A stretch of 62,970 nt of DNA, filler included, from 14 parts of 14 records of this genome joined end to end with filler, not necessarily neighbours in it, one strand, 5' to 3'. Counted from the first letter of the whole stretch, positions 46,511 to 59,218 are shown. Notes: generated by a model not told the origin, from the letters alone. Made by a program: numbers and translations.

Positions 46511-46640
46511 CTTGTCGCTTGAAGTAGGTGTAATACGGTAACTGAGCGCCACGCATCGCGATCGTCTGGTGACACGGGGGGGATAGCCGGAACCCGCAGG
46601 TTTGCTTGGTGGGCCACGCGGGGACGGTGTGCAGGGCGTG

Positions 46641-47558
46641 ATGGCACCCCTGCTGGGGCAGGCTAGTGGAGTGAGCCCTCTCGTGCTTCGTACAGCGCTG
46701 ATGCTCGCCATCATCGTCGCCGCCGTCGGCGCCTCGCGCGACATTCCGTTGCCGCCCGCGGCCGCGCGGTGGGATTTTGCTGCGGCGACATCGCCGCTGT
46801 GCGATGGCGTGAGCGGGAGCTGCCTGACCCAGTACAACTCCTCTGACCCTGTCGTGGCCGTAGCCGGGACGGGCGTGAAGTTTGGTCTGCAAGGGGCTCG
46901 CGACAGGGCCCAACGGATCTCCGCCCCTCGCAAAAGTGTGCCGCGGCTGACCGCGATCAGTGGGGCGACCGCCACCGTCAGCATCGTCGCCTGGCTTAGA
47001 CCAGCGCCCGGGTACACGCGCGGCGGCTTCGTTGGTGGGCTCTGGGATGAGGGGGACGCGGCGAGGCAGTACGCGCTGTACGTGGGGCCGATGGCGCGGT
47101 GCAAGACTCCCGTTGGCGTCGTCGGCCACATCAGCGCCGATGGCGGCCCACCTGCTGACATCGGGAAGCTGGCGTGCGAGTCGGCAGCCTGCGGCTCAAC
47201 CAGCCTGGTGGCGGCGCACTGGCACTGTGCCTCGATCACTTACGATGGCGTGGCAATCCGAGCGTACCTGAACGGCACCCTGGACGACTCGTCGCATGCG
47301 ACCTACAACGGCTCCGCCCTCAACCCGTTCCGATATCCGGATCCGCCGGCGTTTCCGCGCGGGGGCATCTTCGCGCCACCGACCGGGCACCCAGCCGCTG
47401 ATGTCGCGTTCGGTGCCAACTTCATCAACCATGGGCACGGTAAAGTACTGTCGTCCGGTGGATTTCGAGGCACGCTCCACGGGTTCGCTGTGTGGGCAGA
47501 AGCACTCAGTCCCGCGCAGATCAGCGCGGCGTGCGAGCAAATGGAGCCGGAGATTTAA
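46641..47558 (+). CDS. Secreted LamG/concanavalin-A-like jelly-roll protein
   Basis: Signal peptide; SIVAWL, GLWDE...RQYALY, WHCASITYDG...AYLNG and FRGTLHGFAVWAEALSPAQI. Intronless. Confidence 0.78.
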   Translation: MAPLLGQASGVSPLVLRTALMLAIIVAAVGASRDIPLPPAAARWDFAAATSPLCDGVSGSCLTQYNSSDPVVAVAGTGVKFGLQGARDRAQRISAPRKSVPRLTAISGATATVSIVAWLRPAPGYTRGGFVGGLWDEGDAARQYALYVGPMARCKTPVGVVGHISADGGPPADIGKLACESAACGSTSLVAAHWHCASITYDGVAIRAYLNGTLDDSSHATYNGSALNPFRYPDPPAFPRGGIFAPPTGHPAADVAFGANFINHGHGKVLSSGGFRGTLHGFAVWAEALSPAQISAACEQMEPEI

Positions 47559-47732
47559 GCTGTAGACCAACACGGCGTATGTGAACGCAAAACCATCAGC
47601 AAACGACTGCTTCATTATAACAGAAATTTATAGATACCGTCTCACTAACGCCTTTCCGCATATTCCCTACTACTGATTCGATTGCCAGTACGGACTTGAG
47701 ACCGAGCATAAAGTTGACGGTCGCGTAAGCGT

Positions 47733-50394
47733 TTATTGGCCCTCACCTGCCCAGCCACCACACCACAAGCGAAGCAACGCACAGCCTCGCTCGCGCTGGA
47801 AGCCCACCGTCGCCATCATTGCGCCGTCACTCGCAATCACACGCACGTGAAGAGGTGTCCAACGCTCGCCGTCCCCAGGGCGCAGAGATGACACGCTCAC
47901 GTTGGCATTTTTATCGCAAAGCATGTTCAACCGCACATCCACCTCTGCTGCTCTACCGTACACCACTGCTATGATGATAATTGTGCCGTTACCCACCGTG
48001 AACTCATTGAGCAGTGCGGCCGGTGGCGACGACCCGACAGACATTACATTGCTCTCTGGTTCCCGAGGAGCAATAGGAGCATGAGGAGAGAGCAACGCCA
48101 CGACATCCTCGCCGTCTGCCGTAAGATGCCACCGCGCGCCACGCAGAGCGCCAAACAGCGGTGCATAATCACGATAGAACGCCTCAATCGTAGAATTCCC
48201 AGGGCTAATCATGTGATCGTTGCCGTGCACAGGCGCCGATGGGAAGGCACCAACCAATAGATGCTGCTGAAAGTACTCATCTAGCTGGTTTGTAGTGTGG
48301 TTTAGCAGGGAGTACGTCCACATGATCGTCGGTTTGTTGCCAATCCCTAGCCATGCCGCGCCATTCAGGCACCAGATCTCATTCAAAGACCCATCGCAAC
48401 ACTCAAGATGATCTATGCGTGGGTAGATGCCGAGATCACAGAGCAGCGCACGACCTGAGTCAGGGCCGGAGCCTGCTGGGGTTAGCACCTCCTCCCTGAT
48501 CCGTCGATATGTCTGGCTGTACCCGACACGGAGCGATCGTGCAGGGCCATAGCTCCGTCCATCCCAGCCCTGCGCCCCCGATGATTCATTGATGAGGACT
48601 GGATGTGGCACCCAAGAGATACCATCATCAGCATCGAGAGAAAACGACTCAGGATAGTCCCAGCGATCGGCACCTGTATAAATACAGGTCAAGTGGTCCA
48701 CACAACGCAACAACACAAACAGAAGAGTCAGCAATGGACTTTCGTTCTGTTCAGTTCCTTCTTCTTACTCACCAAAGCCCTGAAAGTGAGGGATACGTTC
48801 AACATGCTGCGCCGCCTGCTCAACCATCAGATCTTGAAAGAACATATCACCGGGATCCATATCTGCTGTATTGCTCCAATCGTGCACCAATCCATCCATC
48901 CATGATCGATCAGCACTCCAACTTCTCTTAATCGCTGCTGCCATAAGATACTCCCATAGGTAACCGCTGCTGCCGCTGTCGTCAGGGCACGGGGCTGTCA
49001 GACCATTAGGCCTTACACCACAGCGCTGCTGCTCAGGATCGGAGCCGTTACTGTCACTGTCGCTGTCTAGTGGCAAAGCCTCAGGATTGGCTATAGAGAC
49101 GGCTGTGCCCCAATTGCCTATATCAAAATAGGACAAGGTCTTGAGGCCTTGTGATTGTGCGCGTTGATACGCTGCTGAGATCATCGCTGCACTGACATTG
49201 CGTGTCGGTTTACCACTCTCACCAGATGCGAGGTTAGTCCAATTGCGTGTGTACGGTAGAAACAGGCCATCATATGCCATCCATGTACCACTTAGATCCC
49301 AGTTCGTTACTAGGCCCATCTCCTTCGCCCAGCTGCCATTGATATGCTCTACATCCCAACCGTACGAACCAAGGCCACTAAACTCAGCTGCGATTTCTGA
49401 CCCACCAGGCGCATCGAACAGGGACGGCCATTCCTGGACTACATGGTGGAGACCAGCGCGGTAGCTCGGAGCGTGAGCAATGACTCGCGCGCTGAACTTT
49501 CGTTGCAGTCCTGGGCCTATGCGCAGGAAGTGGCGTCCAAAGGTAGCGCCCTGACCATCCACCGTCAGCATCAGCTCGAGCAGTGGCTCCGTAGGATCGA
49601 GGCACAGCGTAAGCGCCGCCGAGCTGCCGCTGCTGCCCCTGCCACTGCCGCTATTTTGAAGCTCTGCTGTGGCTGGTACTGCCGGGAGCATTGTCACCAT
49701 TGGCACGCTCATAGAGTCGTTTGCAACCATGCCTAGTCGCGTCCACCACTCTGTTGCTGGGTTGATCTGCGGTGACGCACCTAAGCGGAATGACGCAGCA
49801 GGTTCAAGTGGTGCTGTCGCCAGCGGGTTTGACCATGCGCCATGCAGCGGGGGCACGGGGTGCTGCGGTGCCTCGCTATTCCACACGCTGCCTCTTCCCC
49901 ACGTCGTAAAGTATCGGCTCAGCTTCGCCTCTAGGCTCGGTCGCAGTACGCTCTGGATTGTCGTCGTGAACGGTGGCGCCAGGCGGCAGGCGGGATCAAC
50001 GAGGCTGCCGACCCCAGTATTGGTACACTGCCGCTGCGGCGTCGCTGCCGCGCTGTGGCCCTCACACGGGCCCGTGCCTAGGGCGGAGCTCCACACCACG
50101 GAGCTGCCACCGCCCGACTCCCATCGCTCAAGCAGGTGGACGCAATGCGCGCTGCCGAGGTGCTCAGGGCAGGCCAGGACGGCGCGCGTCTGCACCACGC
50201 CCGCTCGCAGCCGCCTGACAGTCGTGTTTCCGCGGCTGCAGCCGGCCAGCGCAGTGTGCACTGTACTGAGCGTGCCGCCCATTGCGCCAGTCCCACCACT
50301 GCGGACACTCGCGGCGCCATCGGCGCCGACGGCGACGACGGTGCGCCCGTCGGCCGACGACACAGTGTGCTGCTGCTGCTGCTGCTGCTGCTGC
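47733..50394 (-). CDS. Unclassified glycoside-hydrolase-like TIM-barrel protein (5'-truncated)
   Basis: ORFs 48765..50363 and 47733..48734 join via a phase-1 intron to give HFQGFG-ADRWDY. Also GLKTLSYFDIGNWG and DMDPGD, with a beta-rich N-terminus and a C-terminal sandwich. Confidence 0.55.
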
Positions 50395-50494
50395 NNNNNN
50401 NNNNNNNNNNNNNNNNNNNNNNNNNNNNNNNNNNNNNNTTAATTAATTAANNNNNNNNNNNNNNNNNNNNNNNNNNNNNNNNNNNNNNNNNNNN
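50395..50494. other. Artificial contig spacer (flanked by (TGC)9 and (CTGG)n microsatellites)
   Basis: N44-TTAATTAATTAA-N44. Confidence 0.99.
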
Positions 50495-50711
50495 CTGGCT
50501 GGCTGGCTGGCTGGCTGCCTGTCTGGCTGCCTGTCTGTCTGTCTCGTCTCTATTTACCATTCCTGCCTCCCTGCCTGCGTTTCTGTATCTCTGTCCACTG
50601 TGTACAGTGCTGAAGACATTTGGCCTTCTCAGCCACACAAGCGCAGCTCCTACCACTGAAGCTGACCTTGCCGGCGGTGTGCTTGCGTGCCGATTGTCAA
50701 AAACGCTGCAG

Positions 50712-53187
50712 GTAGAGTTCTTTGCGCCATGGTACGAATGCCAAACACACAAACGCACGGTTGATAGCTGACGCTCTCTTCTGCATACACCGCTTCGGGC
50801 GGCAAGCACTCACGGCTGACTGGCTGTCCTGGTCCTTAGGTGTGGGCACTGTAAGAGCCTGGCCCCGGAGTATGACTCCGCTGCCGAGACGCTCAAAGAG
50901 CACGGCGTCACGATCGCCAAGATGGATGCAACTGCACAGACGCAGACCCCAGCAAAGTACGCCGCTGCCCTGCTCTGTCACTCTCTGCGCGCCGACCACG
51001 TGACGCGGGCGGGACAGCCACGGGCCGCCTGCAAGCAGCTTCGCCAGCCGTAGCCAGAGCGCGTGTGACCCTGCTGCTTCCGCCGTTCGCAGATTTGATG
51101 TGAACGGCTACCCAACAATCAAGGTCTTCACCAAGGGTGAGGCCAGGGACTACAGCGGCGAGCGCACCGCCGGTACGTCCATGCCCGCCTCACTTGCTTG
51201 GGTCGCCCGCGTGTACGTGTCATGCTGTTATCCGCGCGCGTATGGCCGCTGCAGGCGCGATTGTGGACTTCATGCGCGCGGCGTCGGATCCCGACTACGT
51301 CCCGCCCCCCGTCGCTGCCGACGCTGGCTGGGAGGGCAACAAAGGCAATGTTATCCACCTCACCGGCGACACCGTCGAGGACCTGCGTGAGCAGCACCCA
51401 AAAATGTTTGCAATGTTCTATGCACCCTGGTGCGGCCACTGCAAGCAACTCAAGCCGGACTGGGCGAAAGTCTCTGAGGAGCTCACACCCATCTTCGCGG
51501 ACGAGATCGAGGGAGACGATGCGGTGGTCATGGCTGCAACCGACTGCACGGCTGGCGGAAGTGAAATCTGCGGGAAGTACGAAGTGAACGGCTACCCGAC
51601 CCTGATGTATTTCGGAGACAGCCACGCAGAGCCGGAGAAGTACGAGGGCCCACGCACGTCCAAAGCTCTGAAGAAGTTCGCTGTCCGCAAGGTCGCGCCG
51701 GACTGGAAGGAGCCGCCTGTGGTGAGTCAGTATGCCTGACTGAACGGGGCTGTGCTGCCCGCTGTGCTTGCATCATGCCATGCATGTGCATGGTGCTCAC
51801 CAAAACTACCGCCATTTGCTGCCTGGTGTCTGATCAGGGCGAGTTCGTCAACGAGCCTGTGTGGGAAGACGAGGACTACGGTAATGGCGAAGTTGTGCAT
51901 CTCACTGATGATCACTTCGACTCGTACCGTGCAGAGCACCCGCATCTTTTCACCATGTTCTACGCTGTGAGTGCTACGTTGCAGTGCGTCTTTTACGCAC
52001 TGTTGCTTCAAGTTTTGACTTTGCATACGCATGGTCCTGCAGCCCTGGTGTGGTCACTGCAAAACCTTGAAGCCGGAATACGTCGAGGCATCTTCTCAGG
52101 CGCCACGCTCCTTCACTTTCGCCGCGGTGGACTGCACCGTACACACAGACACATGCAATGCAGTGGGGACATCTGGCTATCCGACACTCCGCTACTTCGA
52201 ACCGCCGGTGGAGGGCTCGGACGTGGAGGCGAAGCAGCCAGCTGTACGAGCCATGCACTTAACAGTGGTGATGCATGAATGTTCCATTGAGTCGTACATG
52301 CTGTACGCGCAGCTAGTCACACAGTTTCCCCAACTGACTGATTGGACGTTTGGTGATCGCAGGGAGAGAACTACGCACAGATGAACCGTGCGACTGACGA
52401 CTTGCTATGGTTCGCTCGGGATCGGATGGAGAAGGCTGCTCGCGCTCAGGCGAAAAACGTCGACAAGGACACCGATTTCTCAAAAATGAAGATGAAGGCG
52501 CTCAAGCTGCTGCTAAAGGAGCGCGGTGTGAAGTGCGAGGGCTGTACCGACAAGTCGGACTTTGTGAAGATGGTGAAGGACTCCATTGATATGCCTGTTC
52601 TGTCAAAGAAGAAGAGTGGTGGTCGTACTCTCATGGAAGAGAAGCGGTACAAGGAACAGCTGGCAGCTGCCGAGAAGGGTTGGTCTGAGGATGATCACGG
52701 GAACGGCAAAGTGGTTCACCTGCTCGATGACAATTTCCAGGTATGCATGCGCCATTGTCTTAGCAAATTAGACAGTTGCAAGTGTCAGTACTCGAATCAC
52801 TGAAAATTGTGGCGTGATGCTGGCGGTGTCGCGGCATCATTGCAGGAGTACCGCAAGGCCAATGCTCCGATGTTCGTTATGTTCTACGCCCCATGGTGCG
52901 GCCACTGCAAGGCCCTGAAACCTGACTACGTCGAGCTCTCCGAGGACGAAGAACTTGGAGCGTCGGTTGCTGCGGTCGACTGCACTGTCATGGTGTCTAC
53001 ATGCCAGAAGTACGGCGTCTCGTCCTATCCGACATTGAAGTGGTTCCCATCGAAAGATTCAGACAAGGGCGAAGATTACGAGGGCGGGCGCACCGGCGCA
53101 GACATCGCAGAGTTCATCAATGGAGAGGGTGCAGCTGATGCTGCCGGTGGGGGTGATGATGTTGAGATCGATAAGGATGAGCTTTAA
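50712..53187 (+). CDS. Protein disulfide isomerase (PDIA5/PDIR-like), four WCGHC thioredoxin domains, ARMET-C-like module, KDEL (5'-truncated)
   Basis: Four WCGHC active sites, the first split by an intron, and repeated W...VVHL(T/L)DD linkers. FSKMKMKALKLLLKERGVKCEGCTDKSDFV, and a C-terminal KDEL-stop. Confidence 0.92.
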
Positions 53188-53555
53188 CGGCCAAAGCATA
53201 GCCAGCAATTGGAATATGGCAGCGCGAGGGCTGAGTCGCATGCATTCAATGGTTGAGTCCGATCGAGAATGAAGGATTTTGAGAGTGGACAATACTGATT
53301 TCATTGGTTCATGGCGTAGCAGTCTTCCGTGGCATAGCAGTAGGCGTAGCAGTAGACTGCTACTCCATGAGCTGAGGTGTGGCCACCTTACTCTCGGCCA
53401 ACCGTCCCATCAGCTGCGCTGGACAACAAGGCTCCAGTCCACCAGGTTGCATCTGTGACTGCTGCAGCAATATTCACTGGCAGTCTATGAGCCCTGAAAA
53501 GCCACGCAAGCGAGTCGTGTAGTATCTTTATGTGTCTATGTATTCGGTGCATGCT

Positions 53556-54998
53556 TCACAGCAGCGCAGCACGAGCGGTATCAGCCAGCAGTGACCGCAC
53601 CGCTATAATCCCACTTTTTTCTCCACCGCGCAGCCCAACGTTCCGGGCAAGCGATGACGTCGAAATGCGGCTGGGGTGCACGCGGTTTGTCAAGAGCACA
53701 CACCATAGTTTTGAATGCGGATCGACCCAGATGGATGTGCCCGTGAACCCCGTGTGCCCGTAGGATTGCGAACTAAAGCCGTCGGGTGCTTCCCCTGCTG
53801 ACGAGTAGCCGTCAATTGATTTCGTGTCCCAGCCCAGTGCGCGTCCACTCGGCGGATGTGCGACAGCTGTAAACCTGCGAATTGTCTCTGGCTTCAGGAA
53901 CTGCTCCTTTGTGCCTGTGCCAGTCACTGCCCCTTCGCCGACCATCATCGCGGCGAACTTAGCCATGTCTTCGATTGTTGAGAAGAGCCCCGCGTGGCCA
54001 GCTGCTCCCCCAAGGCACCATGCTCTCTCGTCATGCACCTCGCCCTGGACCAACCGGTGCCGAAATACCTCATCAAGCTCTGTGGGTACACAAGCGGCTG
54101 CAGTATTCTCATTGGGACCATCGCTGTAGGAGCAGCTCGCGCCTTCGTCGTCAGGGCGTACAATGTAGGGCGGCACATCTCGGAATTGTGTGTTCACCAT
54201 CCCAAGTGGCGCGAAAATGTTCTCCGTGCACCATAAGGCCCAGCGAGTACCAGTGAGCTCGGCGATCACAACTGCAAGTAAGATCGGACCGAAGTCGCTG
54301 TAGACAAATGCCTCGCCGGGTGCAGAGTAGAGTGGCTCGGAGAGGATTGCGTCAATTATGCCCTGACGAGTTGTGATACCTTCGCGTTCGTACTCCCGAA
54401 AGGCTGGTAGACCAGACGTATGCGTCAACAGGTGGCGCACAGTGACCTCATCGTGCCGGAAGGCCGGGTAGTACGAGACAACGGTCTCGTCTAGCGACAG
54501 CACGCCTCGCTCCTCAAGCAGCATCACCGCCGTTGTCGTGGCAACGACTTTCGTCAGAGATGCCAGGTCGAATTGCGAGGAGGGTATCACCGCAGGGGAG
54601 TCGCGGTCGTACCTGTCCCGACCAGTTTCATCAACGATCGTTGCAAGTGACAAGCCATCACAAAGCGACTGTGACAATTGCTGCTGGGCATGGCTGCAAC
54701 ATGCGATGCGGCCTCGTAACTCTATGCGCTATATACTGGTGCGTACGTACGTATGGGAGCCGAGGGCGTGCAGTACCTGGTCCGATCAATGTTCGTATAT
54801 CAGAGACGTTGCACACACAGAGGCAGACATATCGCCTGGCACACGCAGAGATCTAGCGACAAGTTTTTCAATGTTGGACGGAGCAGGTACTCGGGTGTCG
54901 TCCGCCACTCCGATGGCGACGGCGGCGGCTGGGAACGTGTGGCTGGCAATCCCCTCGCGTAGCAACGCATACACCTCCTCATGCCACCTCGCGCCCAT
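53556..54998 (-). CDS. Serine hydrolase of the beta-lactamase/AmpC fold, AmiE/YbbE-like
   Basis: FDLASLTK (SxxK), LLTHTSGL, YSD, GEVHDE...GGAAGHAGLFST and GHTGFTGTS. Two short 5' exons are joined by GT-AG introns. Confidence 0.88.
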
Positions 54999-55129
54999 CT
55001 CGACGGCGGCCTGACCGTTCGCGTTCGTTATCGCGCGCGCGCGAGGTCGCCGCGCGCGCGTGCGCGCGCAACGCGAACGTCGTCAATCAGACTCCATTAT
55101 GGTAAATCGGTGAGCAGCCTTGGCCGCCC

Positions 55130-55229
55130 NNNNNNNNNNNNNNNNNNNNNNNNNNNNNNNNNNNNNNNNNNNNTTAATTAATTAANNNNNNNNNNNNNNN
55201 NNNNNNNNNNNNNNNNNNNNNNNNNNNNN
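55130..55229. other. Artificial contig spacer
   Basis: N44-TTAATTAATTAA-N44. Confidence 0.99.
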
Positions 55230-55560
55230 ATGTGAAATTGCATTTTAGACACTGGCCCTCAAAGGGCTGTTCATGAGATCTGATGAACACGACATCATTC
55301 TTCCTCGCGACTCTTCGATGAGAATGCACGCGTGCTCAAGCCGGCCCCGGCGCCCCTCGTGCACGGCTGCACGCGCGTCGTCGCGGTCTTATATATCGCG
55401 CATACACGCCACCACGCCTGCAGATCCAGTCCGCGCGCCGCCGCCGCGCGCCGGGCGCGCGCGCGTCTGTTTCAGACGTGACGCGCAGGCTCGCGCGCTG
55501 GGTTGGGACCTGGGATTGGCTGCGGAAGACGCCGGCGCAGATTGCGGTGGCGATAGCCGT

Positions 55561-57229
55561 ATGGGAGGCTGGACAGCGCTACTCCTGGTGGCGGCGGTGT
55601 CTGCTGCTCAGCTGCTGGAAACAGCCGTGCACGCCACTCGTCCGGCTGGCTCGAGGGCAGAGGACAGGGCTTCGCTGCTGTCGTTCTTGCACCACGGAGC
55701 CAACGGTAGAGTGCGGGACGGGCGAGGCACGCCCTTTATCCCAGATGGAAACCTAATCCTGCGTGGCTGGAGTGACCAGCACGATGCAGACGGCAATATG
55801 GAGAGCGATCCGTGTGCAGCCGGCAGCTTCGACAACGCGAACACTGGCTGGCTTGGTGTGATGTGCGACGCAGTCGTGCAGCAGTGCTTTGAGGACTGTA
55901 GCCGAACATCAGCTGGCCGACGGTGTCGCTCAGGCTGCTCGGACTCATGCGCATGCAGTAAGACCAACTTCTGTTGTAGTTCATGGTATGGGGCCTGTGA
56001 CCAATGCCAGGATGGTATGGGCAACGAATTCGGGTGCGACGCTGGCGATTGTGGGCCAGGTGAAGGTGGACGGGTGACGTACGTTGGCCCTGAGGGTGGA
56101 AAGGGCTTGAGTGGTGACGTGGCGTTTTTCGCGCCGATGGTTGCGCTGCAGTGGCTAGTTTTGAACGCCAATCCTGAGATATACGGCGATGTGGCTGCGC
56201 TCAGTGACCTGACTGATCTACGGATGCTCAACCTGCGTGACACTTCGGTGCATGGACCGGTATGTCTCCAGCCGACTTTCACGCCGTCAGTGCTGCCTCT
56301 ATGCAAGAGGGATCCTTCACCCTGACGTGTCTACTACCTTGTCCGTTGGGCACACATGTGTTTTCTGATACGCTTACAGTAGGCTGCAGCTCATCTGTGT
56401 GGTGTGTTTGACTTGTTAGATCGAGTCGCTGGCGACTCTGCAGCAGCTCGGTCTACCATTCCCAACTCGGTCTGGATCTTCATACGTTACTGGTTTGTGG
56501 CTTGCAAACACAAACGTATTTGGACCAGCGGAAGCGCTGCGAGCGCTGCCTGGTCTCGGGAGGAGTTGGGGTGGTAGCGATGGTGACTATACGCCATGCT
56601 CAGAGTTCAGTGGAGCGTGCACAGACTCCGGACTCACTGGTGGTGGAGGAACGCAAGCATCCGAAGTTGTCGGGCGTGATGTGTGTGCATGCTGTGGCGC
56701 AATTCCGATGGCCCATAGTACTCGAACGGTAGACGCCGACACAGTGGGAGACCAATTTGCGCAAGAACAGGTTCTGCTGCTCTCTGGGTGCATTCTTCCT
56801 CCCCCAGAGCCGGAGCCAGAGCCTTGCGATGATGGATGGGCCGGACGGTTCTGCTCCGATGACATAGATGAGTGTGCCGCCTATCCATGTAGAAATGATG
56901 GGATTTGTCGGGAATCCTCCATGGATCCGAGCGTCTCGATTGGCGCATACGCTTGCGATTGCGCAGAAGAATGGGAAGGCGAAGACTGTGTATCATTGCG
57001 CCCACGCCCACCAGAACCCGAGCCCGAACCAGAGCCTGAGCCAGAGCCAGCGCGACCAATTATTCTTAACGCCAAGACTTCCAAAGGTGTACGGGGAAGA
57101 GACACAACTGCTCGATTGGAGGGTGCGTGTAGCTTCATACCGATGCTCTTGTCAGCGCCCGTGTCTTTGAGACGAGGCAGATTGCTGCTGGTGTCGACGA
57201 CTGCAGTGGCACTTCTGACGTTTGGGTGA
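55561..57229 (+). CDS. Surface protein with plant-type LRR N-cap, LRRs, Ca-binding EGF domain and hydrophobic C-terminus
   Basis: Signal peptide; DRASLLSF...W...DPC...WLGVMC; LRRs LQWLVLNAN and LRMLNLRDT. Intron 56260-56419. EGF DDIDECAAYPCRNDGIC...YACDCAEEWEGEDC, then PE repeats. Confidence 0.8.
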
Positions 57230-57676
57230 ATGTGCGACGACGGCAAGCAGATGGTGCAGAATTTACTGCCGTAATTTTGTTTCCACAATGCTCTACAATA
57301 GCGACGCGGCACTCTTTGCCCAATAGCTGTATGTAAAGTGCTGCACAACCAGCTATACCTGTTTACTTCAAGCAACGCTTTGATCAGGTGGTCTGTGCTC
57401 AGGTTTTTCCTGATACCATGCTGCTTGGCAAGCTCTTGACGCTGCTTGCACACGCGAGGGAACTCTCCGAAATTCTCTGCTAGCAAAATTCAGGCTTGTG
57501 CCGTGCACTGTTGATACATCTCGGCGTTCAGATATTGAAGATCAAATGTCACTGTGGTCCAAGAGTAGTCGGGTGGCAGCGGTATAGAGTGTCTTTAGAT
57601 CGTTCTAAGATGTGCGCAAGTGTACATCATAAACCAAGACGCACACCTTCACAACAAGCACAGCCTCTTGCTTCTC

Positions 57677-59218
57677 TTAATTGAAGGTGTGGCCAGATAG
57701 TTGAATGATGTACCCAAACACTAGGAAGCCACCCCAGCATTTGGCAGTGGCGGCGACCATCTGTCCGATCTTTTGAATCATGCTGCCGTCATAGTGCCCC
57801 GCCTCTAGAACTGCACCGAGCCAGAATGCGCCAAACTGTAAGAATACAGCCCATACGTAGCCATCGTTAAGAGTCCTCACTGCGTACAACACGCTTGCAC
57901 ACAGAAGAATCACATGGGTAGATTTTGTGCGTTCGATGGAAGCTTCTTCGGTTCTGCTCAGTTCGACACGGCCTGCAACCATTGCACGGCGACGCACGCG
58001 CTCGCCCACCCCGTATTGGAACAGTACGTCGTCGATCTCCATGAGGAAGAGCATGGCGACAGTGTTCATGCAAATGTTCAACGCATCTCCACCCCTGAAG
58101 CCAATCAAAATTGGAATCGCTGCAACTTGTGTGGGAAGAAACACCCAGCGACGAACAACGTTGATGAACTTAAGCGGCCTCCCGTACGTTCCGATGTCCA
58201 TAGGACCGCCCATCTCGAAGGATCGTTCCGCTTGTCTGATCGCAATGTCGACCAGCTCAATACCCTTCAGCTCAGATACCACGTGCAGAGCGATGACTGT
58301 GGTCGCGAACACCAGGGTGAACGTGTCGAAAGTACCCATGCCGGCGACGTTACTCACCATCATCATGACCTGGGATTGTGTTTCTACTTCGTACGTGCTT
58401 GGATTCACGCACCCATCGCACCACTCCAAGATCGCAGTAGGGGTATGCCCTGGCATCGGTTCTCGGTCGTTCACCAACACAAACGGGTTGTTGCATACAG
58501 TCCGGACGGTGGTGCTGTTCAGCGTTGTGCTACCAGGCTGCATGGCAACGCTGTATGTGAGCTCGTCTGCGAGCAAAGACAAGCGGTGCGATCGAACGAG
58601 GAGCGATTACCAACTGCATCCTCAGAGTGGCAGCATCGCCGCAGAACATGCAGCGGTTGTCCGAACCATCGCTTTTTATTCTGCAGAAGAGGCCCTCTTC
58701 TTGTGCCATTTTGCACTGATAAGTAGTGGTGCAGGTCGGTAGAATCGTGCCAGTCATCACTCCGCACACCGTCGCTACTTGGAACAAGACCAGCAAAAAG
58801 CTAACTGCAAGCATCCCCCCACCATGGTGCTTGAAAATCTCATCCTGCTCATCAGTTGAGGCGAGGAAGAAAACACACATCTGGTGCCTGCGAAGCGCCC
58901 GCAAAACGTTCCCGTCAGAGGGAAAACCGACCTCGCACACTGTCACGGGTCCATGATCGCGGCGCACCAGTTAGTTGGAGCCTCGTGCATCAAGTCCGAG
59001 TGGACCGGCTTGCTTTCGTACTGCGCTTGCTCCAGCTGCGCTTTGTAGAACGCATCCATCTTCACGACCAAATCCTTCACCTCCAGTGGCACCAGATCGC
59101 TATCTGCGACCTCCTGGAGCGAGGCTTCGAGGTCTTTGCGCGATACTCGGCCGCCAGTCAGCCGCGAGGCATGATAATCGTCGTCCTCGTCGTCCAGGTC
59201 GTCTGCGTCGTCATGCAT
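57677..59218 (-). CDS. Multi-pass membrane protein of unknown function, multi-exon
   Basis: Splicing gives APTNW|HQMCVFF...LRMQL|PGSTTLN. There is a Cys-rich loop, several TM helices and the motif GGDALNICMNTVAMLFLMEIDD. Confidence 0.7.

Noticed and set aside
50368-50545. (TGC)9 and (CTGG)n tracts
   Set aside because: Ordinary microsatellites that explain the contig breaks.
53556-54677. Antibiotic-resistance beta-lactamase
   Set aside because: It has the fold only. YSD and HTG replace the AmpC YxN and KTG motifs, and the gene has introns.
57360-57486. SAP-like peptide QELAKQHGIRKNLSTDHLIKALLE on the minus strand
   Set aside because: No ATG or consistent exon chain was found in the short gap between convergent genes; too weak to call.
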